A stretch of 63,199 nt of DNA, filler included, from Perkinsus olseni (GCA_013115125.1; 48 parts of 48 records of this genome joined end to end with filler, not necessarily neighbours in it), one strand, 5' to 3'; counted from the whole stretch's first letter, positions 1 to 11,990 are shown. A program made the numbers and translations. The notes: generated by a model not told the origin, from the letters alone.

Positions 1-5
1 ATGAT

Positions 6-1253
6 GTGCAGGAGCACCTGGGAGGTGCTCGGGTGTTCTCCACGTTGGATTTGCGTAGTGGGTACTGGCAGATCCCCGTGCGCCCGGAGGACCAGAGGAA
101 AACCGCTTTTTGTCCTGGTCCGGGCTTTCCGTTGTATGAATGGGTGAGGATGCCATTCGGGCTGGCCAGTGCCCCGGCTACGTTTCAACGCCTGATGGAT
201 CTTATTCTAGGCCATCTGCCGTTTGTGAGAGTCTACTTGGATGATGTTCTGATCTTTAGCCGTTCGGCGGAGGAGCACTTAGAGCATCTACGGATCGTCT
301 TTGATCTCCTCCGAGCGGCTGGTATGACCATCGCGGCGGAGAAGTGCGAATTATTCCAGGACCGGGTGACTTATTTGGGCCACCGGTTCGATCGCTCCGG
401 TATGAGTCCTGACCTGGGCAAGGTGGAGGTCATCTTGAGATGGCCCTCGCCTCGAAGTGCTCCGGCACTCAGGTCGTTTTTGGGACTCGCGGGGTATTAT
501 AGGAATTTTGTCCCGCACTTCGCGGATAGGTCTAGATGTTTGTATGAGCTTCTCACGTGCTGCACCAAGGATAAAGTGGTCGACTTGGCACCACGTTGGG
601 GGGAGCTCCATGAGTTGGCGTTGAAGGATTTGAAGCGGGCAATTGCTGATTTGCCCCTGTTGGCATATCCTGACTTCTCTCGCTCGTTTCAGCTGATGAC
701 GGATGCGAGTGATGTGGCTATTGGGGCCGTCCTGGAACAGGCATTCTTCAGTCAGGCTCTTACTCCTACGCAGAAGGTATGGCCGGTGTATGAGCGGGAG
801 GCGTACGCTGTGTTTAGGGCGCTGGAGAGGTTTCGACCTCTACTCTGGGGTTACCATTTTGACTTGGTCGTGTACTCGGACCATAAGCCCCTGGAGTGGA
901 TCCAGACCGCAACGACTCCCAAGGTTCAACGTTGGCTTATTTCGATGTCCCAGTTCAAGTTCAAGGTGCTCTACAAAAAGGGCAGGGCCAATGTGGTGGC
1001 GGACGCTTTGTCCCGAGTCGTTCTTCCAGATGACGAGGGGGAGCCCGCCGGAAGCCACGTCCCTGCCAAAGCTGTAGAGCGACTGGGGGGGCGTATACTT
1101 GAGGTGCAGGAGGAGTATCCAGTGCCTGAGAAGTTGCAGGGTAGCTTGTTGCCTGCCTGTGTTCTGACGGTGGGTGACCGTTGGTCGACCGAGGAGTTGG
1201 TGGGTCAGCAAGAAGATGATCAAGTTATTCGGGTCGTGCGTGATCGGGTACGG
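6..1253 (+). CDS. Ty3/Gypsy pol fragment (reverse transcriptase + RNase H)
   Basis: LDLRSGYWQI, MPFGL, YLDD, FLGLAGYYR, TDAS, YSDHKPL and NVVADALSR motifs. Confidence 0.95.
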
Positions 1254-1353
1254 NNNNNNNNNNNNNNNNNNNNNNNNNNNNNNNNNNNNNNNNNNNNTTA
1301 ATTAATTAANNNNNNNNNNNNNNNNNNNNNNNNNNNNNNNNNNNNNNNNNNNN
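1254..1353. other. Artificial contig-joining spacer (representative of 47 copies)
   Basis: N44-TTAATTAATTAA-N44 with stops in all six frames recurs every ~1.3 kb up to 61910-62009; contig lengths decrease along the window. Confidence 0.99.
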
Positions 1354-1418
1354 TTGATCGGCAGGGCGGGACGAGTCGAGTTGACGAGTTTTGGGTGGGA
1401 AGCTGCGATCGGGCCTAG
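1354..1418 (+). mobile_element. Candidate right end of a GTG...CTAG element (divergent)
   Basis: 65 bp at contig start ending GCTGCGA-N5-CCTAG followed by GT, the same spacing as GCTGCGAGTGTGCCTAG in the 13427/31829/40141/56836 copies. Confidence 0.45.
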
Positions 1419-1571
1419 GTTTGCAGAGACGAGCGCTGAAGTCACGTTGAGGAAAGTGCTTAGAACGCAAGAAGTTCGTGCTCCCGAGACAATATGAATT
1501 TTCCTAAGGAAAGGTCGCCCTTCCAGCGTCGTTCTCACCCGCTCGGTGTCAGTTAGCTTCTCCCTATCGGT

Positions 1572-2447
1572 ATGTTCACTCGCATCGTGATACTCTTAGC
1601 TCCGCTGGTGGCCCTCTACACCGAGGCTTCATCGTCCGGAGAGGAAAGGCCTTTTATGGCGAAAGCAGAGCACCACAGCGGGGCGAGATCTAAGAAGGCC
1701 CCGTCTGACGACACTCCCCAGAGTCCGACCTCCTCCAGTGACATCCCCTTCCTCTATGGCCTTAGTGGGAAGGAGACCTTCTACATCCTCCCCAAGTTGG
1801 ACACATGCAAGCTGAGTCTCCGCGAGTTCGATTCTGATGGGTCAAACTCGTGTGTAGCGGCCTACGCGGCTGCATCCTGTGAAAAGAGGGCCGATATGGA
1901 CGTGACGGTGTACGCCGTGGATGGAACCCATTGGACGACGAAGGAGTATAACTCTACTATCATTGAAAGTGACGGTAAGATGCAGTTCGATAACCTGACG
2001 GCCCACGGAAATACACACCTTTACTTGACCAAGAGGCTGAATGGCATCAAGAAACTGTACGAGCTCGATACGTCCATTCGCAATAAGCCATATGGGAGAG
2101 ACTTCTTCTACGGCGTCCGTGAGGGCACCAGGCTCATTGTGGATATCTTCGGGCCTGATGGGAAAGGATACTGTCGCATTAACGACAGAACCATACCCAA
2201 AGGAGTTGAAGTTGTAGTTTTCCCTGCCGGCCGTTCGCTATTCGCCCGAATCGCCAGAGAGGGGTCACCCAAAAATCTCCTGCTTAATGGGTTCGTGCGC
2301 GGTACGTTCTTCAGTATGGAGGAAGATGAGGATGACAAGGCAGATCCTACGGACCCCAAATCTTACTGGAGGGGTATAGAGTATGAGAACACTCCTCATC
2401 TCAGACAGTGCGACGACCTGGTCAAGTGGTATAGAGATTTCGCCTAG
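1572..2447 (+). CDS. Hypothetical secreted protein, 291 aa
   Basis: Complete intronless ORF with a hydrophobic signal-peptide-like N-terminus (MFTRIVILLAPLVALYTEASS); no family recognised. Confidence 0.65.
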   Translation: MFTRIVILLAPLVALYTEASSSGEERPFMAKAEHHSGARSKKAPSDDTPQSPTSSSDIPFLYGLSGKETFYILPKLDTCKLSLREFDSDGSNSCVAAYAAASCEKRADMDVTVYAVDGTHWTTKEYNSTIIESDGKMQFDNLTAHGNTHLYLTKRLNGIKKLYELDTSIRNKPYGRDFFYGVREGTRLIVDIFGPDGKGYCRINDRTIPKGVEVVVFPAGRSLFARIAREGSPKNLLLNGFVRGTFFSMEEDEDDKADPTDPKSYWRGIEYENTPHLRQCDDLVKWYRDFA

Positions 2448-2704
2448 GTAAATGTGGTGGCCCAGTTGGCTGGAGGGCTTTACATGGTAATCGTGACGAG
2501 CGTGCATGTTGTTGTTGATGTTAGTTGTCGTGCTATTCGAATCGTCCACTTGTGTTACAGTGATCAACTCGATATGACACAACTGGGATGCGTGTAGGGC
2601 TACGNNNNNNNNNNNNNNNNNNNNNNNNNNNNNNNNNNNNNNNNNNNNTTAATTAATTAANNNNNNNNNNNNNNNNNNNNNNNNNNNNNNNNNNNNNNNN
2701 NNNN

Positions 2705-2705
2705 G

Positions 2706-2773
<68 letters not shown>
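2705..2773. repeat. (GTT)n/(AAC)n microsatellite at contig end
   Basis: Pure GTT run. Confidence 0.95.
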
Positions 2774-3910
2774 GCTTGTTCTCGGTGTTGTTGTGGCCGG
2801 CCTTTGGCCGTTGCTGGGGAATGGCCGGTTGTTGCTTGAGAGGTAGCGGTGCTGCATTGTGCCATGGGTCTGTGATCGGCAGATGCCGCATCTATGGTTG
2901 TATCTGCATTGTTGCGGCTGCTTCGCGCACCCTGTTGGACCGCCTCGAGAGAAGTCGTGGCAGATTCCTTGATCACGGTCTATAGCTCTCCTTGCTCCGG
3001 GTGTCATGTTGGCCTGTCTGGGTCTTCCGTCGGGTGCCCCCGGTCTGCCGTGGGCGTACCGTCGTGCGGTCCAGAGGGCTTCGAGGTCGAGCTTGCCCAC
3101 GTCGGGTACGAAGTTCTTATCGGTGGCCGAACCCGCGGACCACTGCGATCTCACCGTGTGGTCGTACTTCTGGGCGACGGCCCAGTCGTTGTCTGCTGCT
3201 ATCTTGAACAGGACTCCTAGGTAGTTGAACGCCTCCGCCGGCTCCAGCTGGCCTCCCAGCATATAGGCCACGGTCATGCTGAGCATTCGGTGGGCTGTCG
3301 CCCCTGGTAATGAGGAGTTGGGGGAGTGATGCTGCCCAAGTGATGGAGATTGGAAGTACTTGAGTTCGTGGGGTGTGAACGCCGGTCTCTGGTTCCCGCC
3401 CCGGTTCCTACCTTCTTCGTATTTCTTGATGAGGTCGTTGAGCAGCCGGTTTGGTGCCGTCACGTTGGCGCTGATCCTGCCGACTCCAGTCTTCCTGCTA
3501 ACGTCGGTGATGCGTTGGGCCACGCTCTGCTCCGCTTGTTGCTGGCGTTCCGCATTCTCGTAGGACATGAGCTCCGTGACCAACTTTTGGAATGGGTTGT
3601 CGTACGTGTTGTGGAGTCTCTGCCTCTTGCTTGGCCTCGGGGAGCTGCCGCTGTGTGACCGGTGTCTGCGGCGCCTCCCTTTGTTGCTTGCCGTAGAGCT
3701 TCCGTCGCTGGGGCTTGGTGAACTATACCTGTGGCGTCTCCTGCGATTGCTTGTAGTGGAGTGCTCGTCGCTGGGGCTCGGACTTGGTGAGGGCCTGCGT
3801 CTGCTGGTTCTTCGCCCTGATTCGCCCTCTACTCCACTTGTCGGGGTCCTGCTCCGGTGAGACAGTCTGCTGCCTAGTCCCGAAGTGGCTGAAATGTTTA
3901 GTGAGATCAA
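2774..3910 (-). CDS. DIRS/Ngaro-type retrotransposon ORF1 (gag-like)
   Basis: S/R-rich N-terminus, W-x5-YDHTVR motif, C-terminal CHDFSRG..C..CRYNHRCGICRSQTH zinc finger of the kind seen in tyrosine-recombinase retroelement ORF1. Confidence 0.65.
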
Positions 3911-4118
3911 ATTTATCCTCTCACGACTGTAGACGGAAGATCTTGCACCACGGCTNNNNNNNNNNNNNNNNNNNNNNNNNNNNNNNNNNNNNNNNNNNNT
4001 TAATTAATTAANNNNNNNNNNNNNNNNNNNNNNNNNNNNNNNNNNNNNNNNNNNNCGAAACGCATGAGAAACGCGCGCGCCCGAGTCAGGCGATATTAGG
4101 GAGAAAACTCTCCGACTG

Positions 4119-5105
4119 ATGTTTCACCAGCAAGGGTATTGCTGCAGAGGTGCGTCCTGCCACTTCTCTCATGATGGGGCCGCTCTCTGCAAGCCGTCCG
4201 TAGTGAACCCACCCCAGAGGATTACCTCCGCGTATGACGCTCACAGGTTTTTGAGGCGTTTGGACGACGGCAATGATATCGACGCGCAGCTTTGCGCGAT
4301 CTACTCCGTGCGTGACAAGCTTAGAGAGTACGTGAGTGACCTAGGTCCAAATGAATTGGCTCTCACGGTCGGTCTGCTGGAACCCCTCAAGGATGCCTTC
4401 GACAATGAGAAGTTTACGGAAGTGCTCCGTGCGCTCAGTGCGAACCTGATCGTTGCGACCTCTGCTGGATATGTCGATGAGATCAATTCCGAGGCTCGTT
4501 TCATGGGGTACTTAGGGCTCTTAGTCCAGATCTGCCGAGCCTACCCTAGATGTATGGGATTAGTGCCGATGGTGTCAGTGAAGGCCCGTGCTGCGCAAGT
4601 GATCAAAAAACATGATCACCAGGCCCATATATACATACAGCAGATTGAATTCTATCTGGCTGGCGGTAGTGGTAACAAGGCTCATCAACGTGGTAGAAGC
4701 GCCAATAGGGTGCATCTCACCGAAGCCGAAAGCGAGGAATGTGAAGCCCTCATGAGAGAGGAAAATCTTCTACCTACGTTGGACGGGATTAGTGACAGGC
4801 ATTCTGGATCCACGCTCAGGCCGAAGCTCGTGAACAGGTTAACGGATTGTTGGGATGCTGGGAAGAAAGAGGACCTCCTCCTTTACAGAGCCATGCATTA
4901 TCACTGTCTGCGGCAAGAATTTTTGCTCCCTCTGAAAGAAGCGCTTCGCCCGGTCATGGGCATGGCTCCAGCAGGGTGTGAGGGCGGCAGGCCTGCTTGT
5001 TACGAGCATGTCTCTGCGAGCCGTACTCCCTTCGGTGTCTCCAACACAGGTGATCCCTATGTGGAGGTATCCTTCCGTTGCACACGGCCCATCGACTTTA
5101 CCCTG
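4119..5105 (+). CDS. CCCH zinc finger + ZNFX1-like helicase N-terminal region, truncated
   Basis: FHQQGYCCRGASCHFSH; LLPT..LRP..YRAMHYHCLRQEFLLPLKEAL resembles the ZNFX1 motif Y...FRLLREDF..PLREGI. Confidence 0.65.
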
Positions 5106-5133
5106 CAGGGTAAAGTCGATAGGCCGTGTGCAA
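5078..5133. repeat. Loopless palindrome, 28-bp arms, 1 mismatch
   Basis: ttgcacacggcccatcgactttaccctg / cagggtaaagtcgataggccgtgtgcaa. Confidence 0.95.
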
Positions 5134-5300
5134 GTCAAGGCGTTATGCTCAGCGTTTTGCAAGTCAAGAGAATGGGCGTCCCACGTACGGCAAGGTTGAG
5201 CTTCCCCTGTACAAGATGATCCTTTACTCCAAAGACAGAAAGGACAGGGAAACTTGCACGAGGCAGATTGAATGCCGACGACCATTGCAGCAACTTTCAG
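5134..5300 (-). mobile_element. Chapaev/Transib-like DDE transposase fragment
   Basis: LKVAAMVVGIQSASCKFPCPFCLW fits the (D)LK..LLG.Q....KYPCF.C.W motif of Chapaev-type transposases. Confidence 0.55.
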
Positions 5301-5806
5301 NNNNNNNNNNNNNNNNNNNNNNNNNNNNNNNNNNNNNNNNNNNNTTAATTAATTAANNNNNNNNNNNNNNNNNNNNNNNNNNNNNNNNNNNNNNNNNNNN
5401 TAACTCAATTCAACAGAGATTTTGCATCGAATGTCTGAGGGTTTCCAAAAGCGCTTATTTCAATACACTCGACCTCATCGCCTGCTTCGGCGACTCGTCG
5501 GAATAAACAAGCACGGTGCAAGTCCAAGCACCATTGCCCTAGCTTCGGTGCAACCCCACCTAGTCTTCCGGGTCTGGGCTAACTCGACCCAGGCACCGGC
5601 CGTTCTAGCGCTGCTGAGGAGTGCAGACATTCAGGTGATGAGGGATAACCAGGGAGCATATCCAGCCACTCCTCCACCGGCCAGCGCTATCGGAATCCCT
5701 CGCAGAGCTCCCTCATGAAACCTCCGCCTGCACCTTAGCTAGATTATTGAGGACCCAACAGTTCCCTAGTGATACGAAGGACAAAAGGAACGAGACAGCG
5801 TGGTGC

Positions 5807-6180
5807 TCAGTCACTATAGTTGCGGCCACAAGCACCGATGAACACCTCGACTTCGGTGCCGGCCTCCGGAACGATAGAAATCTCAGCTCCCGCGCGGATG
5901 GCAATCTGATAATAGGGAAACTGGAAAACCTTGCTGAAGCAGCACTGAAGATAACATACCACTTCCCCTTGCGACACGGACATGCCATTGATGGTCCCTT
6001 TGCCGCTGATGATGATACCCATCGACATGCACTGTCTCGACGGGACTAGCCGCCCTTCACCAGCAGCATCCACCTGATGTGAGAACGCCCGGTCAATGGC
6101 CCCAGCCATCCCTTGGTAGTGACCGACCTTCACGACCTCGAAGTCGTCAATGTCGTCAGGTGCATAAGTACTAGCCTCAC
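5807..6180 (-). CDS. Probable mannose-6-phosphate isomerase (type I), C-terminal exons
   Basis: TYAPDDIDDFEV, GIIISGKGTING..SQGEV and IRAGAEISI..VEVFIG in different frames, consistent with short introns; cupin-like PMI C-terminus. Confidence 0.45.
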
Positions 6181-6739
6181 ACTCAGAAAGTGAGGAGCAT
6201 TCGAGAAGCATTCACATGAGGTTTGACAGTCACGTAGCTCACCTTTATCAGTGTTCTCTTTTCAGGCAGTTTTCAGAAAAGTAGTCGAGGACCCTCATGG
6301 CCGGTTGTTCGAAGTAGGGCCTCATGATGCAGCCGTACCGTTTACCTCGACTTTCAGATTAACCAGCATAACACTGAGCGGAAGTGTCTTTTCAAATATC
6401 GTAGAGGTTTCTGGGGGGCTACTCTGCTATTCACGCCGGAGGTTACTAGAGTGACGGACGACTATACAAAACCCATCTTTCAGATCAGGTTGGTTTTCTT
6501 CGCGAAGTCCTTTCCCAAATTTGACGGGTGTGGGGCACACGCTTCGGCCTTTCAGGAATTACACCGATGGTCAAGCAAAGATCGACTACCTAACAGACGT
6601 CTCCCATGTGGCTGAGGGCCCCAGTCGAGTCATCGAGGANNNNNNNNNNNNNNNNNNNNNNNNNNNNNNNNNNNNNNNNNNNNTTAATTAATTAANNNNN
6701 NNNNNNNNNNNNNNNNNNNNNNNNNNNNNNNNNNNNNNN

Positions 6740-7978
6740 CTGTTGTTCATTTTTGTTGATGATCTGTGCGTCTCGGGTCCGACCAGAGCCACGATCATCC
6801 AGTTCAAGCTGTTGCTGTCGCTGCTCTTACGAGCAGGTTTCGATGCACAGCTCAGGAAAGTGTCCGTCTTATGCGCCGACTGTCGCCGTGACGAGTTACG
6901 CAGCTGCTTGGAGGAGGCTGGTCTAGGATTAGAGATCGCCGATGAAGGAGTCCTCCTAGGCGTCAAGCTTCGTTACGCAGGAGAGCGGCTGATTCTGAAC
7001 TGCGATCGGTCTCGGCGTATCAGTCAGGTGGTCAAGTTTTTGGCGGACATCAAGGAAAAGGAGGTCACCACCAAAAGGCGATGCTTCAAGGGCGCCGGCT
7101 GCTTGGCCTTCGATCCGGGCCAACAGCATGTTTGGGCGCGCAGTTGCGCGGATGCCCTCCGTGCCTTGATTGGTAAGCTGTATGCCAAGGTTGACTGGGC
7201 ATCGGCTATCGATCTGAGTGCTCTCACAGGAGATGCTAGATCTGAGTGCTCTCACAGGAGATGCTAGATCTGCTCTCGAGTGCATCCTTCAATGGATGGA
7301 AGATCTCTGCTCCGAAACTTGTGAACACTCCTCTCCTGTCCGGTTCGATGATCGTCAGAGCCTAGAGTTAGAGGCTGTTTGCGACGCGTCGAACAGCGGA
7401 GGTGGCTATGTGATTCGCACTGTCGAGGGCACGGTTATTCTCTCTTGCGCAGTTCGGTGGCGTAAAGGAGAACGTTTGTGGCACAGCAATCGAAGGGAGC
7501 TGTGTATGTTACTACGCATGCTCCAGGATTTGAGTGACTTCCTACATTTCCGTCAAAGGAGTACATGTGGGTCGGCCAATAAACCATCGGTCACGGTCCT
7601 ATGCGACAATAAGTCGTGTGTCCTATGGTCGCAAAGCAGTGATAGTCCCGAAATAGTGGAGGCGTCTCGAGCCATTGAGCGTCGAGCAATCGCCCGTCTC
7701 CTGGATGGACTTCATGCTGAGCTGGTCGCACTGAGATCTCTGTGCTCCTTGCGGATATGCCATGTCGCCGGCCACAAGAATCAGTTGGCGGATGCTCTGT
7801 CGCGGGCTTACGACAGGAGTACTCCCAACGGTAAGAGTCTAGCTGATTGTCTGTGTAGTATCGGCGACAGTGAGGATCTTCCGAGGGACCCTACACGTAG
7901 CGGTATCGGTTGGGCTAAGCCCAGTTCTAAGGATCCATTGGATCCAGGGTGGGAACCCGACGCCGAGGATGTAGCGGT
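6740..7978 (+). pseudogene. Divergent LTR-type pol (RT-RNase H) frameshifted by a 28-bp tandem duplication
   Basis: FVDD; CDAS..GGG; WHSNRREL; CDN; HVAGHKNQLADALSR; duplication 7211-7238/7239-7266. Confidence 0.85.
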
Positions 7979-8078
7979 NNNNNNNNNNNNNNNNNNNNNN
8001 NNNNNNNNNNNNNNNNNNNNNNTTAATTAATTAANNNNNNNNNNNNNNNNNNNNNNNNNNNNNNNNNNNNNNNNNNNN

Positions 8079-9316
8079 GCTGCATCAACATCGAGCATCC
8101 GTCGCCCAGGTCGAGCCGCACATTGACAGCCGCAGGGTCCAGCCCTTCTACCCCCGCCAACTTCCTCCTCACGTCATCAGCAGCGTCCCTAGCGTCGGCC
8201 AAGCCGTTCAACGTTCGGGTGGATGAAGCGCTGGACTGGAGGCCAATGGAGATGTCCGCCCGGGCCGAAACGTCGGAGTCTCCGGTATTTGAAAAATGCA
8301 CAGTGACGTCTTTCACTGGGAGGAAGCCGGCCAGCCTCGACCGGACCTCCTTTTCGATCTTCGATGCTGACAGCGTGTCATGCTCGTCATCAACCTGCTC
8401 AGAGGAGATCTGCTCCACAGTGGCTGGGGCGAGGTTGACCATCATCTCCGCTATCCGCGGGTCGGCCTCGATGACTGCCTTCCGTAGGGTGACAGCAGCC
8501 TGGTAAGCGGCCGACACCGTCATAGACTCCGGTACCAGCATCTGGAGGTCCACCAACATGTACGGGCCGGCCCTTCGAGCTCGGAGGTGCCGCACGTCTA
8601 TGATGTCCGGCGAGGAATCAACAGCAGCCCTTCGGACCTTATCCAGGAGGGCCTGATGGTCTACACGCTTGTCCAGCAGCTCGACCATGGCATCCCAAGT
8701 CAGGGATACGCCGGTCTTGCCGACCATAGCGGCGACGACCAGCCCTGCCACGGGATCCGCAAGGCTGGTGAGGCTGGTCAGTGATATACCCACCAGAGCT
8801 ACGATGGAGGAGAGGGCATCAGAACGATGATGATAGGCATTGGCGACTACCACAGACGAGTTGGCCTTCCGTCCAACATTGGCAGTCCATCGGAAGAGGC
8901 CCTCTTTCACTATTATAGAGGACACAACACCAGCCAAGGCCAAGGGGTAGTTGGTAATCTCACCCAGCTGGGCGGCCTCAGCAGCACCATGCTCCGCCGC
9001 AGCAGCCATGACCGCTCCCAGAGGGCCGCCAACTTCTCCCAGATGGGGCAGGCCGATTGCCATGATGATGTCCATGGCGTGCATCCCTATACCAGCAGCA
9101 GCCAGGCATACCATACCCCCCACGACCAGGGACCCCAACGCCTCGAACCTGCCATACCCGTAGGGGTAGTTCTTGTCTGGGGGCCTACGGGAGAGCTTCA
9201 CCGTACCGAGGGTAACGAAATCGCTGAGGAGATCCGAGATGGAGTGGAAGGCATCAGCCACGAGAGAGGCGCTGCCGCTGCTGATACCGGCGCCGAGCTT
9301 GAAGGCACTGAGGCCG
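8079..9316 (-). CDS. Cation diffusion facilitator metal transporter (MMT/MTP6/FieF-like), partial
   Basis: ADAFHSISD, YPYGYGRFE, ANAYHHRSDALSS, ADPVAG, LRARRAGP C-terminal domain. Confidence 0.92.
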
Positions 9317-9416
9317 NNNNNNNNNNNNNNNNNNNNNNNNNNNNNNNNNNNNNNNNNNNNTTAATTAATTAANNNNNNNNNNNNNNNNNNNNNNNNNNNN
9401 NNNNNNNNNNNNNNNN

Positions 9417-10653
9417 GAGCGATCACAGGATATTGCCCGCAAAATCCGCGATAGAATCATAAAATACACCCGCGGAGTGGCCAATGGCAATGCTGACCTC
9501 ATCCCGGTGCGCGAGCTCATCAGACTGGAGCACGTGATGCTCTCGATCACGAGACTTGCGAAGGTTGTCGCCGACTACTCCGAGGTCAAGCTGAAGGTCA
9601 TAACGGAGAACGAGTTTCATCTCGAAAATTTAGTGAGTGCTCCTGTCTTACATTCGCTGTAACTGTTACGGTCGTGTTTCCTTCCAGATTCCGGTACACC
9701 CCCTTCTATGGAGATTGTCGGCTTGGATCAAAGAGCCTCTTTACCCGGCTGATACTACATGGTTTGAGGGGTTGTGGTTCCCTGTCAGGCTGACTGTGTC
9801 TCTGACAATCCTGACTTTAAGTATCTTGGGTACTGCTGAGGACTACCCAGACCTTCAGGCGGAGGGATTCTGGATTCTTATGCCCGGTATCAGCTGCTTC
9901 CTCTCGACAGTGGGCTCTACCTTGAGCACGGGTGTGCGGCGTCTCCTCGGCGTGATAGTCGGTGGTGTGCTAGCCATAATAGCGACGTCGGTGCATCCGG
10001 ATAACGAGGCCGCGTTCATAGTTGAGATATTCCTGGTCGCTTCGGCAACGAGGTTCCTGGTTGTTGATTCTACGATAGGATACGCCGGAATGCAGATGTT
10101 CATCACATTCATAGTGGTTGCGGTGGTCAACGGGATCGATCCTGAGATAGCGCCGACTACGAGAATCTCCATGGCTGCTGTGAGGATGCTCTATACGGTG
10201 ATCGGCCTGACAGCAACGCTGATGCTTTCTCTACTCACGGTTCCCATTTTCATCTGTCGAGAGTTATCATGCAGAACTGCCGATGAGATCCGGGCTTTGG
10301 GTGAAGTTGTGGTGCATGGAATAACAGCTCTCACAGAATCGGCCGAGGCCGGCTCATCACCGAGATACGCAGATGCCGACCTAGGGTCGGTGGTGTCTAC
10401 TGGAAACCTCATCTTGCAGAAGGAGACAGCGAGAGCGGCAGCGACAAGCGGTGCGGAAGAGGAAAACACACTACTGCGGCTCGTCAGCGTGAACGCATCC
10501 AGATGCCAAATTAGCGCGGGCAGAATTATCTCTGCTCAGCGACACGTCATGAGAGTCTCTCGGTGTTCCATGTCTGTCTGTATTAGTCTAGAGCGCTGCA
10601 TGCATTCGATAGGCGCGACTGCTCGCAAGAATTTGCTCCTGCCGGCTCGAGAG
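9417..10653 (+). CDS. ALMT/FUSC-like (aromatic acid exporter family) membrane protein, partial
   Basis: About six hydrophobic segments with STVGSTLSTGVRRLLGVIVGG and a later R..Y..IG motif; in-frame 55-nt GT-AG intron at 9633-9687. Confidence 0.7.
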
Positions 10654-10753
10654 NNNNNNNNNNNNNNNNNNNNNNNNNNNNNNNNNNNNNNNNNNNNTTA
10701 ATTAATTAANNNNNNNNNNNNNNNNNNNNNNNNNNNNNNNNNNNNNNNNNNNN

Positions 10754-11435
10754 CAGGGTGAAACTCAGCTGCGGCCACTTCTGTTCCGGCTTGTATGGGG
10801 AGCCCTGCCCCATATGCCCAAAGTGCTGCCCCGAGGTCAAGTGCCGCATCTCCAAGAAGAAGATCGGACAGGCTGTGCAGCGGGGATCGAAACCTTATTC
10901 TCTCCCTGACTGTGGCCACACTTTTCTGGTGTCGGCTCTAGACAACTAAGTACCTTCTAGAAAGGCTTCCGCTATTCTACAACCTCGCAACCTTGCCAAT
11001 GTTGCCTTGGTCTCCTGCCCTTGGGAGATACTTTGTCTCAGATATATGGAGGATAACTTTGGCTCCGCCAGCAAACGCGTGGGCCTACCACGATGTGCTT
11101 GCTGCAAGGCACGAGTTCAAAGAGCCCCCAGGTGGGACTTCACATCACATCCTTCACATCTTCACTACCGTGTGCCCTGTTTTCTCGACGTGTCATGATG
11201 TCGAGCCGTTAACTATCGCTCGATTTTTAGGTATGGCAACATCATCAAGCTTCAGCTGAAGAGACTTTCAAGTGTGAAGGAGATGGCCAGCAAAGGCGTT
11301 AGCATGGAGACGAAGAGTATATGCCTATTTGCTGCAGCTCACTGGCAACTGGACGACCTCGGTCATCTGCAACCTATCCGTGTTGAAAAAAGTCCAGAGA
11401 TCAGCCCCGAGTCTATGATCCCTCATGGGGGATAA
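10754..11435 (+). CDS. ZNFX1-like protein C-terminus (NF-X1/RING-like zinc fingers), 3 exons
   Basis: LSCGHFCSGLYGEPCP..LPDCGHTF..ALD-YM..LPRCACCK..PRYGNIIK; introns 10946-11041 and 11132-11230; stop 11433-11435. Confidence 0.75.
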
Positions 11436-11839
11436 CCAGCGCGGAATGTCGTTCACCGTCGGTAGTTTTCAAGACGACGGGCCTAGACTTATGCGAGAAT
11501 GTATGAAATGTCTTTTTCGGAATATGTATCAACCCTCTGTCGTTTTACCTTAACTAGAGACCATACCTTAACGTACTGCTCTATTCGGACTGACTGTTCT
11601 CAAAGGTAGACAATGTCGTCATTTTCCTTGAATTCCCTATGTCTCTTGGGTTTGTTAATGGGGGGGATAAAGCCGGTAGCAGGTCGATAACTGTTGTGTC
11701 GAATCGGTGATCATCAGGTGAATTCTTCTGATACGGATGGTATAGCTCCTTCCCGTGGCCGCCTGCACGCCGTGTGTGTGTACATAGCTCCTGGGGGACG
11801 TATCGTCCCTCCTTCCAACCTCAACAATTCCCAAAGATC

Positions 11840-11990
11840 ATGCTTCCAGTGTCGTTTCGTGCCCCCATGCCTGCCGCCTGCCACTTCTTCGCTAGCGGCA
11901 ATTGCCGCAACGGTACAGCATGCCGGTTCTCTCACATCTCTGTCGACTCTGATCGTCCGAGTAAGCCTTATCTTCCTTGCAAGTTTTACC
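11840..11990 (+). CDS. N-terminus of a tandem CCCH zinc-finger protein
   Basis: CHFFASGNCRNGTACRFSH followed by a second PCKFY. Confidence 0.75.

Noticed and set aside
2705-2773. (GTT)n runs as telomeres or poly-Q/N/T/V proteins
   Set aside because: Not a TTAGGG-like unit; the ~70-bp length matches other repeat-caused contig breaks, so the homopolymer ORFs are unreliable
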